This document shows positions 25,674-39,154 of a stretch of 64,000 bases of DNA, piece by piece. The position numbers were made by a program, and so were the translations under genes. A model generated the notes under the pieces. The model had not been told where the DNA came from and ran no database searches. It worked only from the letters and a program-made list of their open reading frames with translations. The DNA is from Mesotaenium endlicherianum (taxonomy: Eukaryota). Numbering within the stretch: position 1 is the first letter of the stretch; each line of letters starts with the position of its first letter. The stretch is from NCBI GenBank assembly GCA_009602735.1, contig WELA01003305.1, positions 514,806 to 578,805 of the forward strand, in the 5' to 3' direction.

Positions 25674-28297
25674 GTGCCCGCGCGCACGCACGCACCCATG
25701 CACCTCCTGTCAGCAGCAGAGCACACAGAAGAGACGCATACGCATGCGCACGCACGCGCACGCGCTTGCAAGTGTGCATGGAGAACGGCCAAACGAGTGC
25801 GAAGCATTGGAACACAGACAGAGTCACGCAGGCATGCGTGCACACCCACAGGCACACAAGCACAAAGCGCACGTGCCCAAGCATGACGGCAGTGGTCAGC
25901 TCATGGGGGAAGAGCACGCCAAGCCAGTGCATCTCCTGCATTGAGCTCATGCTGCCAGGTGTCATTCCTGCACGTGTCACCAGGCGCACGAGCTCAGCCA
26001 AAAAGACCCTGGGACGAGGACCGACTACAAGGGAGCATGGCATGAGCCCTGCGTCCAACTACTGTGTACAATGCAAGCCTACTAAGAGCGACCCGCTGGA
26101 ATTATTACTATTAGTATTATCATTATTGTGACCTATATTATTAACATAATATTTACTACAATTACCATGACATTTAATTATTCATTTGAAGTTACAAATG
26201 AAAAGACGAAGAAAGTGAGCGCGATGCCCTCCTTCTCTTCCCAGAGAAGATTTATGAGATGCAGGCCTGCGACGCGCCGGAAAGACAGCCACCAGTGACA
26301 GTCACTTGAAAACAGATTGCTGAGCACCCCCACTTAGAAGTCGGCAGGTATGGAGCCGAAATCGAAATCAAAACCGAAATCGAAATCGAAATCATAATCG
26401 AAACCCACGGCCGCACGTGCTCCCTCACTCACGAGCACTTTTCGAGCAGCTCAGCTTTGACCGGCAGGCAAGGGCAGCCAGTGGCCAAGTGGCGGCAGGA
26501 CAGTGGTGCCAGGCAAGGCTGCAGGGCTATGGCGCCACATGGCGACAGGACCGCCGTGCCAGGTGGCGCGCGTTCGCTCCCTTGCTCACCTCGGCCTTGC
26601 CGGTGAAGTGGGCCACATGGTACTTTCCCCCGCTCTTCTCCTTGCAGTTGGGAAGCGTGCTCCAGATGAAGTGCTGCACGCCGGCCTCCTTGGCCGCCCG
26701 CGCCGTGCGCCCGCCAAACTCCGCCTCGCGCGGCCCGATGGCGTAGAAGTCCGTCAGCTGCGCGTTCGTGCCAGATGGCACATCAACACACGACAGACGA
26801 GTATTAGTGCAAGGAAGGGCCGTTCTGTTGTGAGGTGCAGCGCTGTCAGCGTGCACCGTCCGGCGTGATGTGCGACTAAGGAGACCATGCAATGAAGCAG
26901 CAGCAAAGGCAGAGGCAAAAGCAGAAGCAGCAGCACTGCAGCAGAAAGAGCAGCAGCAGCAGCAAAGAAGAAGCAGAAGTCGCAAAGGCGGCCAGCGGCC
27001 CACACGACGTAAGTGAGACGAGACACTAGGCGAGAGAATTGATAGGTGATGGAGAACGAGAGCAGCAGCACAAGCAGCCTGCAGCAGCCTGCCTTTGCAG
27101 GAGCAGCAGCAGAAGGAGAGGCTGAGGCCGCAGCGAGGTAGCTGTGGAGATTGTATTAACGCCAGCCATCTTCTGAAAATTTTTCTCGAAGCAACGTGAC
27201 TGAAGCTGGTCTGCCAGCCACCAATTGGGCAGGCGCCAGCCAGAGATGCCCACCGCGAAAAGAGAGAAGCATGCTCTTTGCGCGTGCTCTCTGATTCGCA
27301 GGGTAAAATCAAAGACCTCCCGAAGCATGAGAGAGGAGGTGGAGCATACAACCTCTCTACACACGAAGATACACGAGTGCAAACTTACATGCAAACATGG
27401 AAGGCGCGCACAGGACGCGCACGTGAAGTGCACTCATCAATGCAAAAGTTGAACGCGTAGTCGAAGAAGATAAAAGAGTACATTTTAGGACGAAAAACAT
27501 CACCATTCACATTCAACGTACGTCGGAAAATAAAGAGTGCAAATTAGAAAGCAAAAAGCTGTGCACATTGCATGGTGCGCAAACGGGTGTGGAGCCGATT
27601 GGGGAGCAGCGAATACCGCATAGACCCCATAGGCGCCCTCGAATGCCGCCTTCAGCTCCTCGTAATTCTCCTGGTCAGCCTTCACAAACTCGATCTTCCC
27701 GCCGAGCTCGTGAGACAGGCTCTTGGCCTTGGCCGACGACGGGTCGCGCGTGACGCCCCTCACGCGGTACTTGCCGCTCTTGATGAGGGCCTTTGCCACA
27801 CTCCCCCCCTGGGCACCTGAAGCAGGTTCGAAGCACATTTAAATATTGACGGATTTGTCATCCGGTGGACTTCACCTGGCTGGCACTGGCTGCCAGACTG
27901 CTGCAGGAATCGGGTAATCTTCTTACAGCACTGACTGCTCAGTGTTTGTTAATAGACTACTATGTGGATAGTAGTGGACTAATTCCTCTACAAATACTAC
28001 AAGAAAATAGAATGAGGCAGGCTTGTTGCTCTTACAAGGCCCCAGGCCTCCCGGCTGCACATATATATTGATGCTCAAGGTGCTGGTAGGAACCAGATAA
28101 CAAGGTATAGACATTGAGTAATACTTATTTTGGCGGACATAGCAAGAAAGGCCAAAAACTCAGGAACGAATGTAGAGCAAGAGAGAGGCAGTGAGTGCAT
28201 ACAGTGTGGTACCTGTAGAACCAAAAATGGCAATCAGCGGCAGCTTCTCGCGTATACCAGGCAAATTATGCAGCGTTTGTGTTACTTTCTCAGCCAT
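23327..28297 (-). CDS. NmrA-like (atypical SDR, NAD(P)-binding) protein, copy 1
   Basis: Six exons: 28297-28213, 27816-27617, 26757-26590, 25615-25394, 24072-23929, 23452-23327. Motifs [41 protein letters not shown] and HFTGKAEV. Confidence 0.93.
25194..25306. repeat. (GA)n microsatellite
   Basis: Over 50 GA units with one N, in an NmrA intron. Confidence 0.95.
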
Positions 28298-30189
28298 CGT
28301 GGACAATAAGTGTCACAAACTCAAAAGCTTGACTTGCTTCAAATGGACTTGTAAGAGAAAGACAGGACGCAGTAAGTTCCTTCTGCATTCGTCCGCAATC
28401 AGAAAAAATAGAACTAGTTCTCTACTAGACCCCTTTATCCAGAGCGCGAACCAGGAAGAACATTTTCGAACACATTTGCTCATGAATTTTAGTCGAATTT
28501 TACCTCAAGTACAAGCTCTTCATGCTGCCAGCGAAATGGCTCGTGGCTTCTACAGACAGGCAGCCAAGTGTTCAGCGCAAATCCTTCAGCTATATATGGG
28601 CCCTTGACGTGCCTTGACGACTAGTATCTCATCCAATAAATCTTTGCACGCCTTGGACTGCGGCTTCATTAGCACGCGGGAAGAATCAATGAGAATTAGA
28701 GGTGGGGCTCAGGACACAACATGACTAGGACTTTTTTTCCTCAGCAGGAGTTCTGCACCCTGCGCCTGATGGCTGAACGACGATGCCCGTCGTGCGCAGT
28801 GCAAGCTCAGGCTAATCGAACACATGCCAGCGATACTTTTTCCGGTGATGCATCTTGAAGGTTAGCCCGTAATTCTCTTGCGAGTGATACTCTCTGGTGA
28901 TGCATTGCTGCATGACAAACTGTGGGTCCAAGAAAAGAACTATGAAGATCAAGGCAGTCAGAACGCTGCTAAGTGCGTGGAGCACGTGGATTGAAAAGTC
29001 TCCTCCCAGCTTTCGAGAGATCTTCGAAAGTTGAGATTTTCCACTTGGATTTTCGACTTCCGACATTCTGAAATTGCCAACTCCACCTCTGCCTAAATAG
29101 GCGCATCACGAACACAATTGAGCCAAGCTCGTCGGAAGCTCGCTACGGTAACAGCTCTTATTAAGCTGTGGCAGCCGACTATTGCTGACCGTCGCTGAGG
29201 TTGTCACGAAGCAGATTGAGGAAACCCAGCTTTGGCAGCAGATTTGGAGCGAAGTTGAGCAAGGAGAGGTTTCTGCTTTCCACATGGTGGGGATGTCAGC
29301 AGTGAGCATGCATACGGCTCCTTTAAGGAAAAAAGCTTGCATACATTCAACGCGCAAGGTACAGGGGACTTGAGACTGGGTTTCCAAGGCGTCGCCTCAC
29401 ATTATGCTCGAGTGCACTTACATTCGATTTCAGCTGTCCATAATGATAAAGACGTAGTCATACCCTTTTCTTCCTTTGACAGCAGGTTTTTTCAAAGTCA
29501 GCAACTCGAAAAGCAATCCTAGACGCTCCCTTTGGGCCGGACGTTTCTGACAAGGCGTGGGAGAGAGGGGGAGTGGGGAGTGCTGGGAGTAATGGAAGAA
29601 AAGCCGGGCATTCCCACTGCTCCCCAGCGCTACTGGCTGTGGACCAAGCGACAGAGCTACATCTATTGTCCCTTGAGACCGCTCACGCTTTGCTGAGGAG
29701 CAGCAGATGGTGAGCGCGCGCCTTCCTCTCCCCTCCCCTCCCCTCGCCTCCCCTGAGTGCTGCCCTCCCTTCTCCCTCCCCTTGCCTTCCCCTCCTCCTC
29801 TGCCATTAAATTCAATCCCATCCCATCTCATTTACCCTCCCTTCCCTCCCTTCCCCTTCTCCATCTGCCCCCCCCGCACCCCCTCCCCTCTCNNNNNNNN
29901 NNNNNNNNNNNNNNNNNNNNNNNNNNNNNNNNNNNNNNNNNNNNNNNNNNNNNNNNNNNNNNNNNNNNNNNNNNNNNNNNNNNNNNNNNNNNNNNNNNNN
30001 NNNNNNNNNNNNNNNNNNNNNNNNNNNNNNNNNNNNNNGGGGGGGGGGGGATGGCAGCGCATACGGGGGAGCTCAGGTGACGACCTTCTCCCTCTTCATT
30101 CTCCACACCCCTTCGTGCTCCCCCGCTGGCAAGGCCTGCCCCGCCTGCAGGGCCAACTCACACGCGCATGCCTCCTCTGCACCCCTCAG

Positions 30190-30552
30190 AGACGGGGTTC
30201 TGTGCTTGGAAGTGTCCGGCACGCGCTTGTAAGAGGGCTCTCGCAGGGAGAAGGGGGGAGGGGGCGCAGCTATCTGGGCCGCATGCTTGCGAAGCTCAGC
30301 TGCACGCCAGCGGACCTCGAGCCCACGATCCGCCAGCTGGCGGGCTTTGCACTCGCAGACGACCTGCTCCTGTTTTGAGGTCCGCCCGCCGCCCCTCCCT
30401 GCACCTGCACCTGCGGCTGCTTCGTTGATTCTTCTCCTACTTCTGTGTGTGCGCCCCTCAGTAGATGGCTCTCAGGGCTCAGGGGGTTTGAGGAAGCCCG
30501 AGGGGGGGGAGGGGGGCGGTTTCTGCGGATGATTGTGCACGTGCGCGTGCGC

Positions 30553-30619
<67 letters not shown>

Positions 30620-31900
30620 CATGTGCGCGCGCACGCGCGCGTGGGAGTGGGTCTTTTGTGCCTGCGTGGGCTTATCTACACAAGTGCGTGCGACGATTTT
30701 GAGGAAGCCCTGCTGACGCGTGTGCCTGCACGGATGGGGTTGCAGGAGCGGGTGCGGGTGTGAACGAGGGGCAGGAGGTCTAGTTTGAGCTCGATGTGAT
30801 GTGGGAGGCCTTAGGGGAAGCTCACTCTCAAAGCTTGCCAAGTGTGCCTCTGCTCTCTTGCGCTCCTTTCTCTCGCTTCTTTCTCTCGCCATGAGATCTC
30901 CCTCGCACTTGTCTTGTGCGGTACGTGTGTACATCTGAGAAGTGATACTCAAACTTTTGATGCTTCTTACTTGCTGCGTGGTGTCTGCATGCGGCTCGAC
31001 TCTCAGATGCGTGCTCTCCGCCGCAGGCTAGGCTAGGGCTCATGGGAGGAGTCTGTTGTTGCTCTTGGTGAAAGAGTCTTTCAGGGGCTCTTGATGTCAG
31101 TACGTGTTATGCGCGCGTGCGCGTGCGTGCCCCTGCGCGCTTGCATGCATGTGTGCGTGGGCGCGAGCGCGCTTGCGCGCTTGCTTGCGTTTGTTTGCGT
31201 GCACGTGTGGGTTATGTGACCTGGGGCGGCGCGCTGCAGCCGGAGGACGGGGACAGCATCTGCTGCCAGAAGGTGGTGAAGGAAGAGTACATGCGCCACC
31301 CCACAATGCTGCTGTACTTGCAGTATTTGCGTATGTGCGCACCCCCCAGGTGCGTATGTCTGCGTCTACGTATACGCACTTGTGCAAGGGTGCAAGTGCG
31401 TGTGCAAGTGCATGTGAGCAATCGTGTGACCAATTGGACTGGGGGGTGGACGGGCGGAATGGTAGAGACGAGGAACGGAGTGAGCGAAAAGGGTGGAGGA
31501 AAGGAGAGGAGGGGGAGAGGGGGGGATGGGGAGGAGCATGCTGTTGTTTACGTGGGGTGAGGGGGATTGAGGGGTGGAGGAAAGGAGGAGAGGAAAGGAG
31601 AGGAGAGGAGACGGAGTAGGGAAAGAGGGGGGGATGGGGAGGACCGTGCTGTTGTCAACGCTGCGCCACTACGTGCGAGTGTGTGCAAAGGGCAACGGCA
31701 CAATGTTTGCAGACCTGAAGGCTGGCAGGCCTGCGTGGGTGGTCTCTGCGAGGTCCTCTTTCACAGAGCGTGTTTCAAGGCTCTTCAGGAAGTGCAGTGC
31801 CAGGTGGCACGAAGCCGTGCTGGCCAGCCCGGGCGGCGTACTGGACTACTCTGCAGCAGCAAATGTGGTGGGGACAGTGTGAGCGTGTGCTTGCGAGTAT
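30190..31900 (+). pseudogene. Decayed spliced gene remnant, partly homologous to the 3' end of the NAC-like gene
   Basis: Exon-like GC-rich pieces at 30190-30379 (TGA just before the donor), 31239-31330 (KEEYMRHPTMLLYLQYL) and from 31713 (AGRPAWV, 2-nt frameshift, LCEVLFHRACFKALQEVQCQVAR). The last piece matches 41660-41790. Confidence 0.6.
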
Positions 31901-32413
31901 CCTTCCTGTCTGTCGCAGCGTGCATGTTCCCCTTATGCCGAGCCAGGCTCCAATGGACCATGCAGCAGCCACCCTCTGCTAGCAGAAAGTACCAGATGCA
32001 GACACTTTCAGCTTTACTTGTAGCGAAATTGCGGGAGCTTGTGGCATGGAACACTATTTACTATTTATCCTTTGTATGGCCAAGTCAGCAACTATGGTCT
32101 TGTTCTGTTAGTCTGTTTCCGAGATTACACACGGCTTGTTTGTAAAGCAATGTCTATTGTGAAGGAACCCATTCTGAGCATGGAGCATGTCATTCGCCCT
32201 TTGGTAAGCTGATGGATTAAGCCGTAGCTGAATACTCTGTTAAGAAAGGAGGCACTCGACTGCACCTACACTAAGTATATTGCTCACACCATATTCACAC
32301 AAAATGAAAAAATTAGCCTTCTCTAACTTGTGTTCTCTGTCAAGCACTCAAATTTAGTTAGCTACAACTTCATGCAGGTTTGTGCCCAAGGGAGTCCTAG
32401 TATGTATGTTTAA

Positions 32414-32776
32414 TCAAGTGCAGACATTATAAGGATGGATCTCAATCAGGGCACTCTCATCATTTATATGCAACTTGTTTACTGGCTCCGATATTCCATT
32501 TGCATGCTCTGCGTCAGCAAGGGCCTGCGCAGCCAACTTCTGCTTCGTGCTGGCAGCCACGTCGACATTTCCGGTTAAAGGTGCCAGGCCCAAGGTGGCC
32601 ATGCCATACTCGTGCTGAGCCACAGCATTGCCCCGTTCGGCTCTCATCTTCAGTGGCACATATATGAATAATACCAGGAAGATCCAGACAATGGCATGCC
32701 CTACAAGAGTAACATAAAGTCCAAGCCATATATATGTGGAAATTTCATACCCGCTGATTTCAGAAGCCGTGTCCAT
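32414..32776 (-). CDS. Small intronless putative membrane protein (~120 aa), unknown function
   Basis: Non-repetitive ORF with a hydrophobic stretch YIWLGLYVTLVGHAIVWIFLVLFIYVPL followed by KMR; no family recognised. Confidence 0.45.
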   Translation of the reverse strand: MDTASEISGYEISTYIWLGLYVTLVGHAIVWIFLVLFIYVPLKMRAERGNAVAQHEYGMATLGLAPLTGNVDVAASTKQKLAAQALADAEHANGISEPVNKLHINDESALIEIHPYNVCT

Positions 32777-33382
32777 GCTTATGCTTTGTGGCTGATAACA
32801 TATGACGCTTGAGCTCCATAATTGAACTCTCATGATGTTTCTGCCTCAAAGCTTCCTTTAAATTCAAATAATTCTTACAAGGGAGGTATTTTGTGACATT
32901 AGGGGCAAGTCAATCCATCCCAAGGACAGTTTGTGCGGATGAAATTTTTGTGCAAGTCGCAGCTTTCAGCCCCCGCAGGTTAAGAAATGAACTTCAAAGA
33001 TTTTCATTTCAGTCGCTAATCAAATGGTAAAACATTGGGCAGATACCGTATTCAAGGCTTGTGATAAATTGCTAGCGCGCAAACCTATGTCTACATTCTG
33101 CTATAGTACACACACGCCCACACACACGCACGCGTGCATACGCACACACACACCACCCCCCCGCCCCAGCTCCACACCCACGTGTATGCACATATGCACA
33201 CGCAAGTACGCATGCAAACAGAGGAACACATACATACAAGCGCACATGCCTTTGTCCAATCCTCGTGTTCATGCCATGTCCATATGCTTACTACCTTTCT
33301 AGTAGACAAGGTACACAAGAGTAGTGTTGCCAACTCCGGGAGCACCGCCAAGGAGATGCACCAGAGAGTTAACAGCAAACGC

Positions 33383-36300
33383 CTATGGGCCCTTCCAGCC
33401 GGAGGCGCGCAGCCACTCGGCCCAATTCTTCAGGCCAGGGTTGGCCTTGCGGCCGTTGGTGATATCGTAGTCGTAGAAGCAGGTGTACTCGTTGAACCAC
33501 TTGAACATCTGCGCATTTGGTCAAGAAGAGAGGTCAAAGCTAGCGTTTGTAGAGTGGCGGTGTCCAGAAGGTCAAAGATAGCGATAGTTAGAGCGGCGGT
33601 CACCAGTGTGGAGCATTGGTGAAGAGACAAACGGTCGAAGCTGGCATTGAGAATTGTACAGTATAAGTAGTGGGGAACGAGCTAGCGCACAAGCCCTGAT
33701 GCTTGCACGCTTGCTTGCTAACTCACCTCGGTCCACTCGGCGCCGTACTTGTCGTGCTTGATCTCCGGGATGGTGTTCAGCTTGGCCTTGCGCCCCGTGA
33801 TGCTGGAGAAGAGCTCGACGTACTTCTGCACGGAGTCGTGGAAGCCGCACAGGTTCATATACTCCTCCTCCTGCTCGTGTGTGCGCGCGCGCCCCCCGCC
33901 ACACCCCGCACCTCCACGCCCCACGCCCCCGCGCCCCGCGCCCCGGGCCAGAGCACTCATATATGAAACTACTTGTATATCTGAATGTGCATGTGTGTGC
34001 GCGTGGTGTGTGTGACTTTACATCAGTGAAGGAAGGGTAGCCCGACATGGAAAGGAGCACCATGTGAGTGTCATGCGGCCTTTTAGTAAGGAGGAAGGGA
34101 AGCAATGAGTGGCTGAGGAGCACCAAATCTCCATTGCTTTTGTTGCGCCCCTTCAGTCGTTGAAGGGCTTCAAACTACTCTACAGTTTCTTGATTAGCGA
34201 CAGAGTTGCGCCTGGGAAGAGAACTGGGACAAGAACAGGAAGCCAGGCAGTTCACAAGCTTGCCTGCAGACTTTTCTTAAACCATTTAAAATGCAATAAG
34301 CAAAGCACAGAAAGTAGACATGATAGGACAAGAGGATAGGAGGTTGCAAGCTCCACGGTGGAAATTACATTGCAAAAAGTCGGGCTGAACTCCACATGTG
34401 TACATACATATATGAACATGAATATATACGTCCAGACTGTACAAAGCTTAGTCACAATTCTTACACAGGTCTTTGACGCCAACATGGCCAAGGATATACT
34501 TGAGAAATCGAGAATACATGCGGCGCTTTTTGATCAATAATATGCCTCTAAATACTATTGTCTGCTGTACGACAGGCTTCGCAGACGCTAGCTTCTTTCT
34601 TCACCCCCCCCTCACCCTCAAGCGCACACGCAAGCACCCGCATACGCGCATGCACACAAACACGCGCGGAAACTTCCACAGACGCGCACTGATCAAAGAT
34701 GCGCAAGCGCAGACGCGCACGCACCATGCATCCACATATATATACCCGTGCAAACGCACACCCATGCGTGCATGCGAGCGCAAAGGGACACGCCACCACA
34801 CGCACAAACATACACACAACTGCTTGTGCAGTCGCACATGCACAACACACATTCACGCACGTACGCCCGCACGCACACATGCACACAGACACGCACGCGT
34901 GCGTAGATGGACACGCAAGGTACACACATGCACAGACACGCCTGCTGATGACACCTGTCATTCCACAACCTCAGCACAATGCCAAGCATCTCTGCCCCCC
35001 CCCCCCCACCAGCGCCCTCCTCGCTTGCCTCCCTCCATGGTTCCACCACCCCCCCAAAAATGAAACACATCCTCTTGCGACCGAGCCTCACCTGCCAGGC
35101 CTGCGGGTGCTCAAAGGCCGCCAGCACAGCAGGCCCCACGTCGTGCACGTCAAACGCCTGCAGCAGGTGGTGGCCCTCCATGTGCACGTCGAACGACACC
35201 GTCCCATCCTCCTCCGTGTGGCAGAGGCCAAAACTCACAAAGTTTTGGAAGTAGAAGCCGCACACAATGAACGTGTGGTGCTTGAAGCCTAGAGACCTCA
35301 CCACGGGGTCCACCTGTCGCCGGCAGCAGTAGCAGTGGAGCACGCAGAGAAGGACACGCACACGCGGGCGCGCACGCACGCAAGCATGCGTGCACATCAC
35401 ATGCGCGCGCACGCACGACACACGGACAAGTGACACGCACACGTACGAAGCGCACACATGGGGTCCACCTGTCAGCAGCAGCGGCGGAGCACACAGGAGA
35501 GGCACACGCACACGCTCGTGCGCATGCAGATACAGCTGCGCAATGTAAGTGCGCGCATAGAAAGACAGACAGGACAGGCGGATAGACATACAGTCTGCAG
35601 ATAGATGGATTTACACACGGGCGCAGAGCACATACTCAAAGACACACGCGCACAAGAGGGCAGAAAAAGGTCAGCTCATAGTCAGCCCATAGCGAGGCGC
35701 ATGTTTTGATTGGGAGAGAGCAGCCAGCAGCCTGCTCACAGCTAGAGAATCTGAAGGTGTGCACGCACCACGCAAGCAGTCCAAGTAGGCAGCAGCAGTA
35801 CAGCCGCGACGGCTCTGCTCAGCCAGAAGTCAAGGAGACGGATGACAGCTGGCTGACGCAGGTTGCCGAGCACCCACTCAGAGGTCAGTTTCTACGCAGC
35901 CAAAACTTTAACAGTGATGAAGAAGAAAGACACGCCAGCGCACTCAATCTCGCGCACAAGCACTTGACCAGCTCATCGTCCAGCAGAAAGGCAGGGGCAG
36001 CCGGTGCCTGCTGGCAGCAGGGGGTGTGGCACCAGGCGGCCGCAGGGCTGCGGTGCCGGTGGCGCTCGCTCGCCCGCTCGCCTGCTCACCTTGGCCTTGC
36101 CGGTGAAGTGGGCCACGTGGTACTTGCCCCCGCTCTTCTTCTGGCAGTTGGGAAGCGTGCTCCAGATGAAGTGCTGCACGCCGGCCTCCTTGGCCGCCTG
36201 CGCCGTGCGCGCGCCAAACTCCTTGTCGCGCGGGCCTATGGCGAAGAAGTTCGTCATCTGCACCACCAGTAAGACAACATTGAACAGACACATACGTAAA

Positions 36301-37613
36301 GAATGTGTAAGACTTAATCAATAAATTAGACTAATTAAGGCAGCCAATGTTGGGCCCGTGGGGGCCGCTGGCATATGTATGTCATAGAAGTCTGTCAGCT
36401 GCATCATCTGCGTCACACGGGAGATAGCAACACATGTACAGAGAGAGAGTGTGTGTTTTCATAGAGCCCTCAGAATTCCGCCTTGCAGGGGCGTGCAGCG
36501 TAGAATTTTGCCAGCTTTGCACCAATTAGGTGTGTGGACTCTGCAGCACCCCAGCAGCCAGGAGCAAGCTGCACCAGCAGATGCTGCCAGGCTCCAGATG
36601 CTGAGATGAAAGACACAAGGAAAGATATATTATTTTCTTTGATTAAGTCAAAAATTTGCAGGAGCAACCAGGCTGCACCACGAGTAGCAAGCCCGCTGCA
36701 TCTGGATATTCCGAGGAATGCACGGAAGCTTACCTGACGGGAACTGACTGCGCGGGCATCAAACAGAAACAAAATCAAGAGCAAATAGTGACATAAGGCA
36801 AGCCACAAGGCGTGAGCGAAACGTGTAGACTGGATGCATGAGCACACATATGTCTGCGTCTGTGTGTCTGTGGCACTCAGTGCACAAATCTATGCTCAAA
36901 TACAGGCGTGAGTTACAATGCATTCGTGTCTATTAGCTGGAGCGTACTGCATAGACCCCATAGGCGCCCTGGAAGGCGGCCTTGAGCTCCTCATAGTTGC
37001 CCTGGTCAGCCTTCACGAACTCTATCTTCCCGCCGACCTCCTGGGACAGGCTCTTGGCTTTGGCCGATAATGGGTCGCGCGTGACGCCCCTGACGCAGTA
37101 CTTGCCGCTCTTGACGAGCGCCTTTGCCACACTCGACCCCTGGGAACCTGCAGGAGGGATCGAGGCACAGTCAGAGATGTGGAATTGTCAACAAGGTCAA
37201 GTTCAGCTGGCTGTCATTTGACTGTTGCCAGAGTAGCGCTGGGAGCTCATTGCTCATTGTTAGAATGATAACTATGTAGTATTCTACTGATAGACTAGTA
37301 AGATGACATATGTGAGGCGGGCTTCTATAAGTTCTTGCTCTTAAAAGGCCCCACCCCTAGCCACTTCACAATGAATGGTGCACTGGCTAGGTGGCAGAAA
37401 CCACATAACAAAGTAAGACATGGAGGAGTTGTTCCTTAATAGTCAGACATTGCAAGGAGGGTTAACATGTCACAGACTTACATAGAGAAAACATTTACTG
37501 AGGGAATAACGGATGCATTCAGCACTACCTGTGACACCAAAAATGGCAATCAGAGGCAGCTTCTCATGGAAGCCGGGCAGTTTATGCAGCGCTTCTGTTA
37601 CTTTCTCAACCAT
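33383..37613 (-). CDS. NmrA-like protein, copy 2
   Basis: Exons 37613-37529, 37147-36948, 36257-36090, 35313-35092, 33870-33727, 33508-33383. Same lengths and motifs as copy 1; frame intact. Confidence 0.93.
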
Positions 37614-39154
37614 CTTGGACATGATGAATTAAGAAAAGCCAAAAATAGATTTCAGTTTCAGAAGAAAGACTCGATGCAGAAGTTCCTGTAGTGTAGCGAA
37701 CAATCTAATACATAGAGAACCAATTTTTCTTGAGAAACATATATATATATATATATATATATATCAGGAGCACAAACCCGGAACTTTGTTTCCCATTTGT
37801 TTAAAACCGCATTCTGCACATGGTTGAAGCTTAACTGGTCCTTATATATATACCTCGGGTACAAGATGTTCATGCTGCCAGCGAAATAGCTCGTGGGTCC
37901 TACATGGCAGATCATGCCGAAGCTTGAGCTGCCTGCGCCCTTGACAACTACGAAGTTGCTCGATACAGTATTGGCAGCCGGATATTGAGCATACGGCACT
38001 TGTATTGCAGTCTATTGTGGGGCCCAGGCCAAGGCCAAAACGCGACCTCGGCATGCAAACTAAGGCAGACAGTGTCATGCAGCAAATTTGAAGTAGATTA
38101 TGTTCAGCTCTTTTCTTTTGAATCTAAAATGTATGCCAGAAGTAACTCTGATCGGTGGTCTATTATGCATTGTAAGCTAAGTCATCCATGCGAGAGATAC
38201 TTTTTGGTGATGCATAGGTAACAAGCTGCAGATCCAAGAAAAGAGGTATGACGATGATATATAGTAAACGGAACGCTGCCACAGGCGTGGAGCAACGGAG
38301 TATAGCACGTGAAGTGTAGTCTCATGTATAACTTTTCAGGTGGTTTCAAGCAGCATCAAGTGATTTAAAATTTCAAAAATTCATTGTCTGAGTTGGCGAG
38401 CTTGTCGGAGTTAAGAACCTGCATTCACGCACACTTTGACCGAAAGCGTCAGAATCTCGTCATGCATAAGCTAATTCTAAGCTACAATTGTGCTCACTGA
38501 TGCTGATTGATGCTGACCCTACAGGTTGCTGATGCTGTACTGAAGCGGATTGCAGCAACCCAGCTTTTTCGGCTGCAGCAGATTTGTAGCACACTTGGGC
38601 GAAGTCAACAAAGAGTGGAGGGTTTTCTGCCTGTCAAAGTGGAAATGTCAGCAATGCGTTACTACTTCGTTGAAGACAACGACATGCGTCTAGAATGTCA
38701 AATGAGGCTTTCGGCATTCAACATCTGTGATGTGGACCTAGCTTGATGTTGGGTGCCCAATGCGTCTGATCACATTGGGCCTGGGCGTTGTCGCAGGTGG
38801 TCATGTTAGCTTCAAGGCCTTCAAGCTGGGTGATTAGTGCATCATGCAGGCCTCATTACTCTCAGCTGGCTACCTGCATTAAGTTTTGCATGTTAGAGAA
38901 TGGAGAAATATATTTCAGGTGTCACACAAGAACTTGAACATGGCTTCTAAATCGCATACTTTCACTTCCGATATTGCATAATGACTAAGACACTATGATA
39001 CCCAATCGTAGACTTCAAACTTGTCTAACAATCTGTTAGCCTAATGCTCATTGACACAACCAAATAGACAAACACTGTTTCATATTCCTTAAGCATTCCA
39101 GCCAGCTAAGGGAATAACATGATCACCAATGAGTTTCTTGTGTCTATGATAGAG

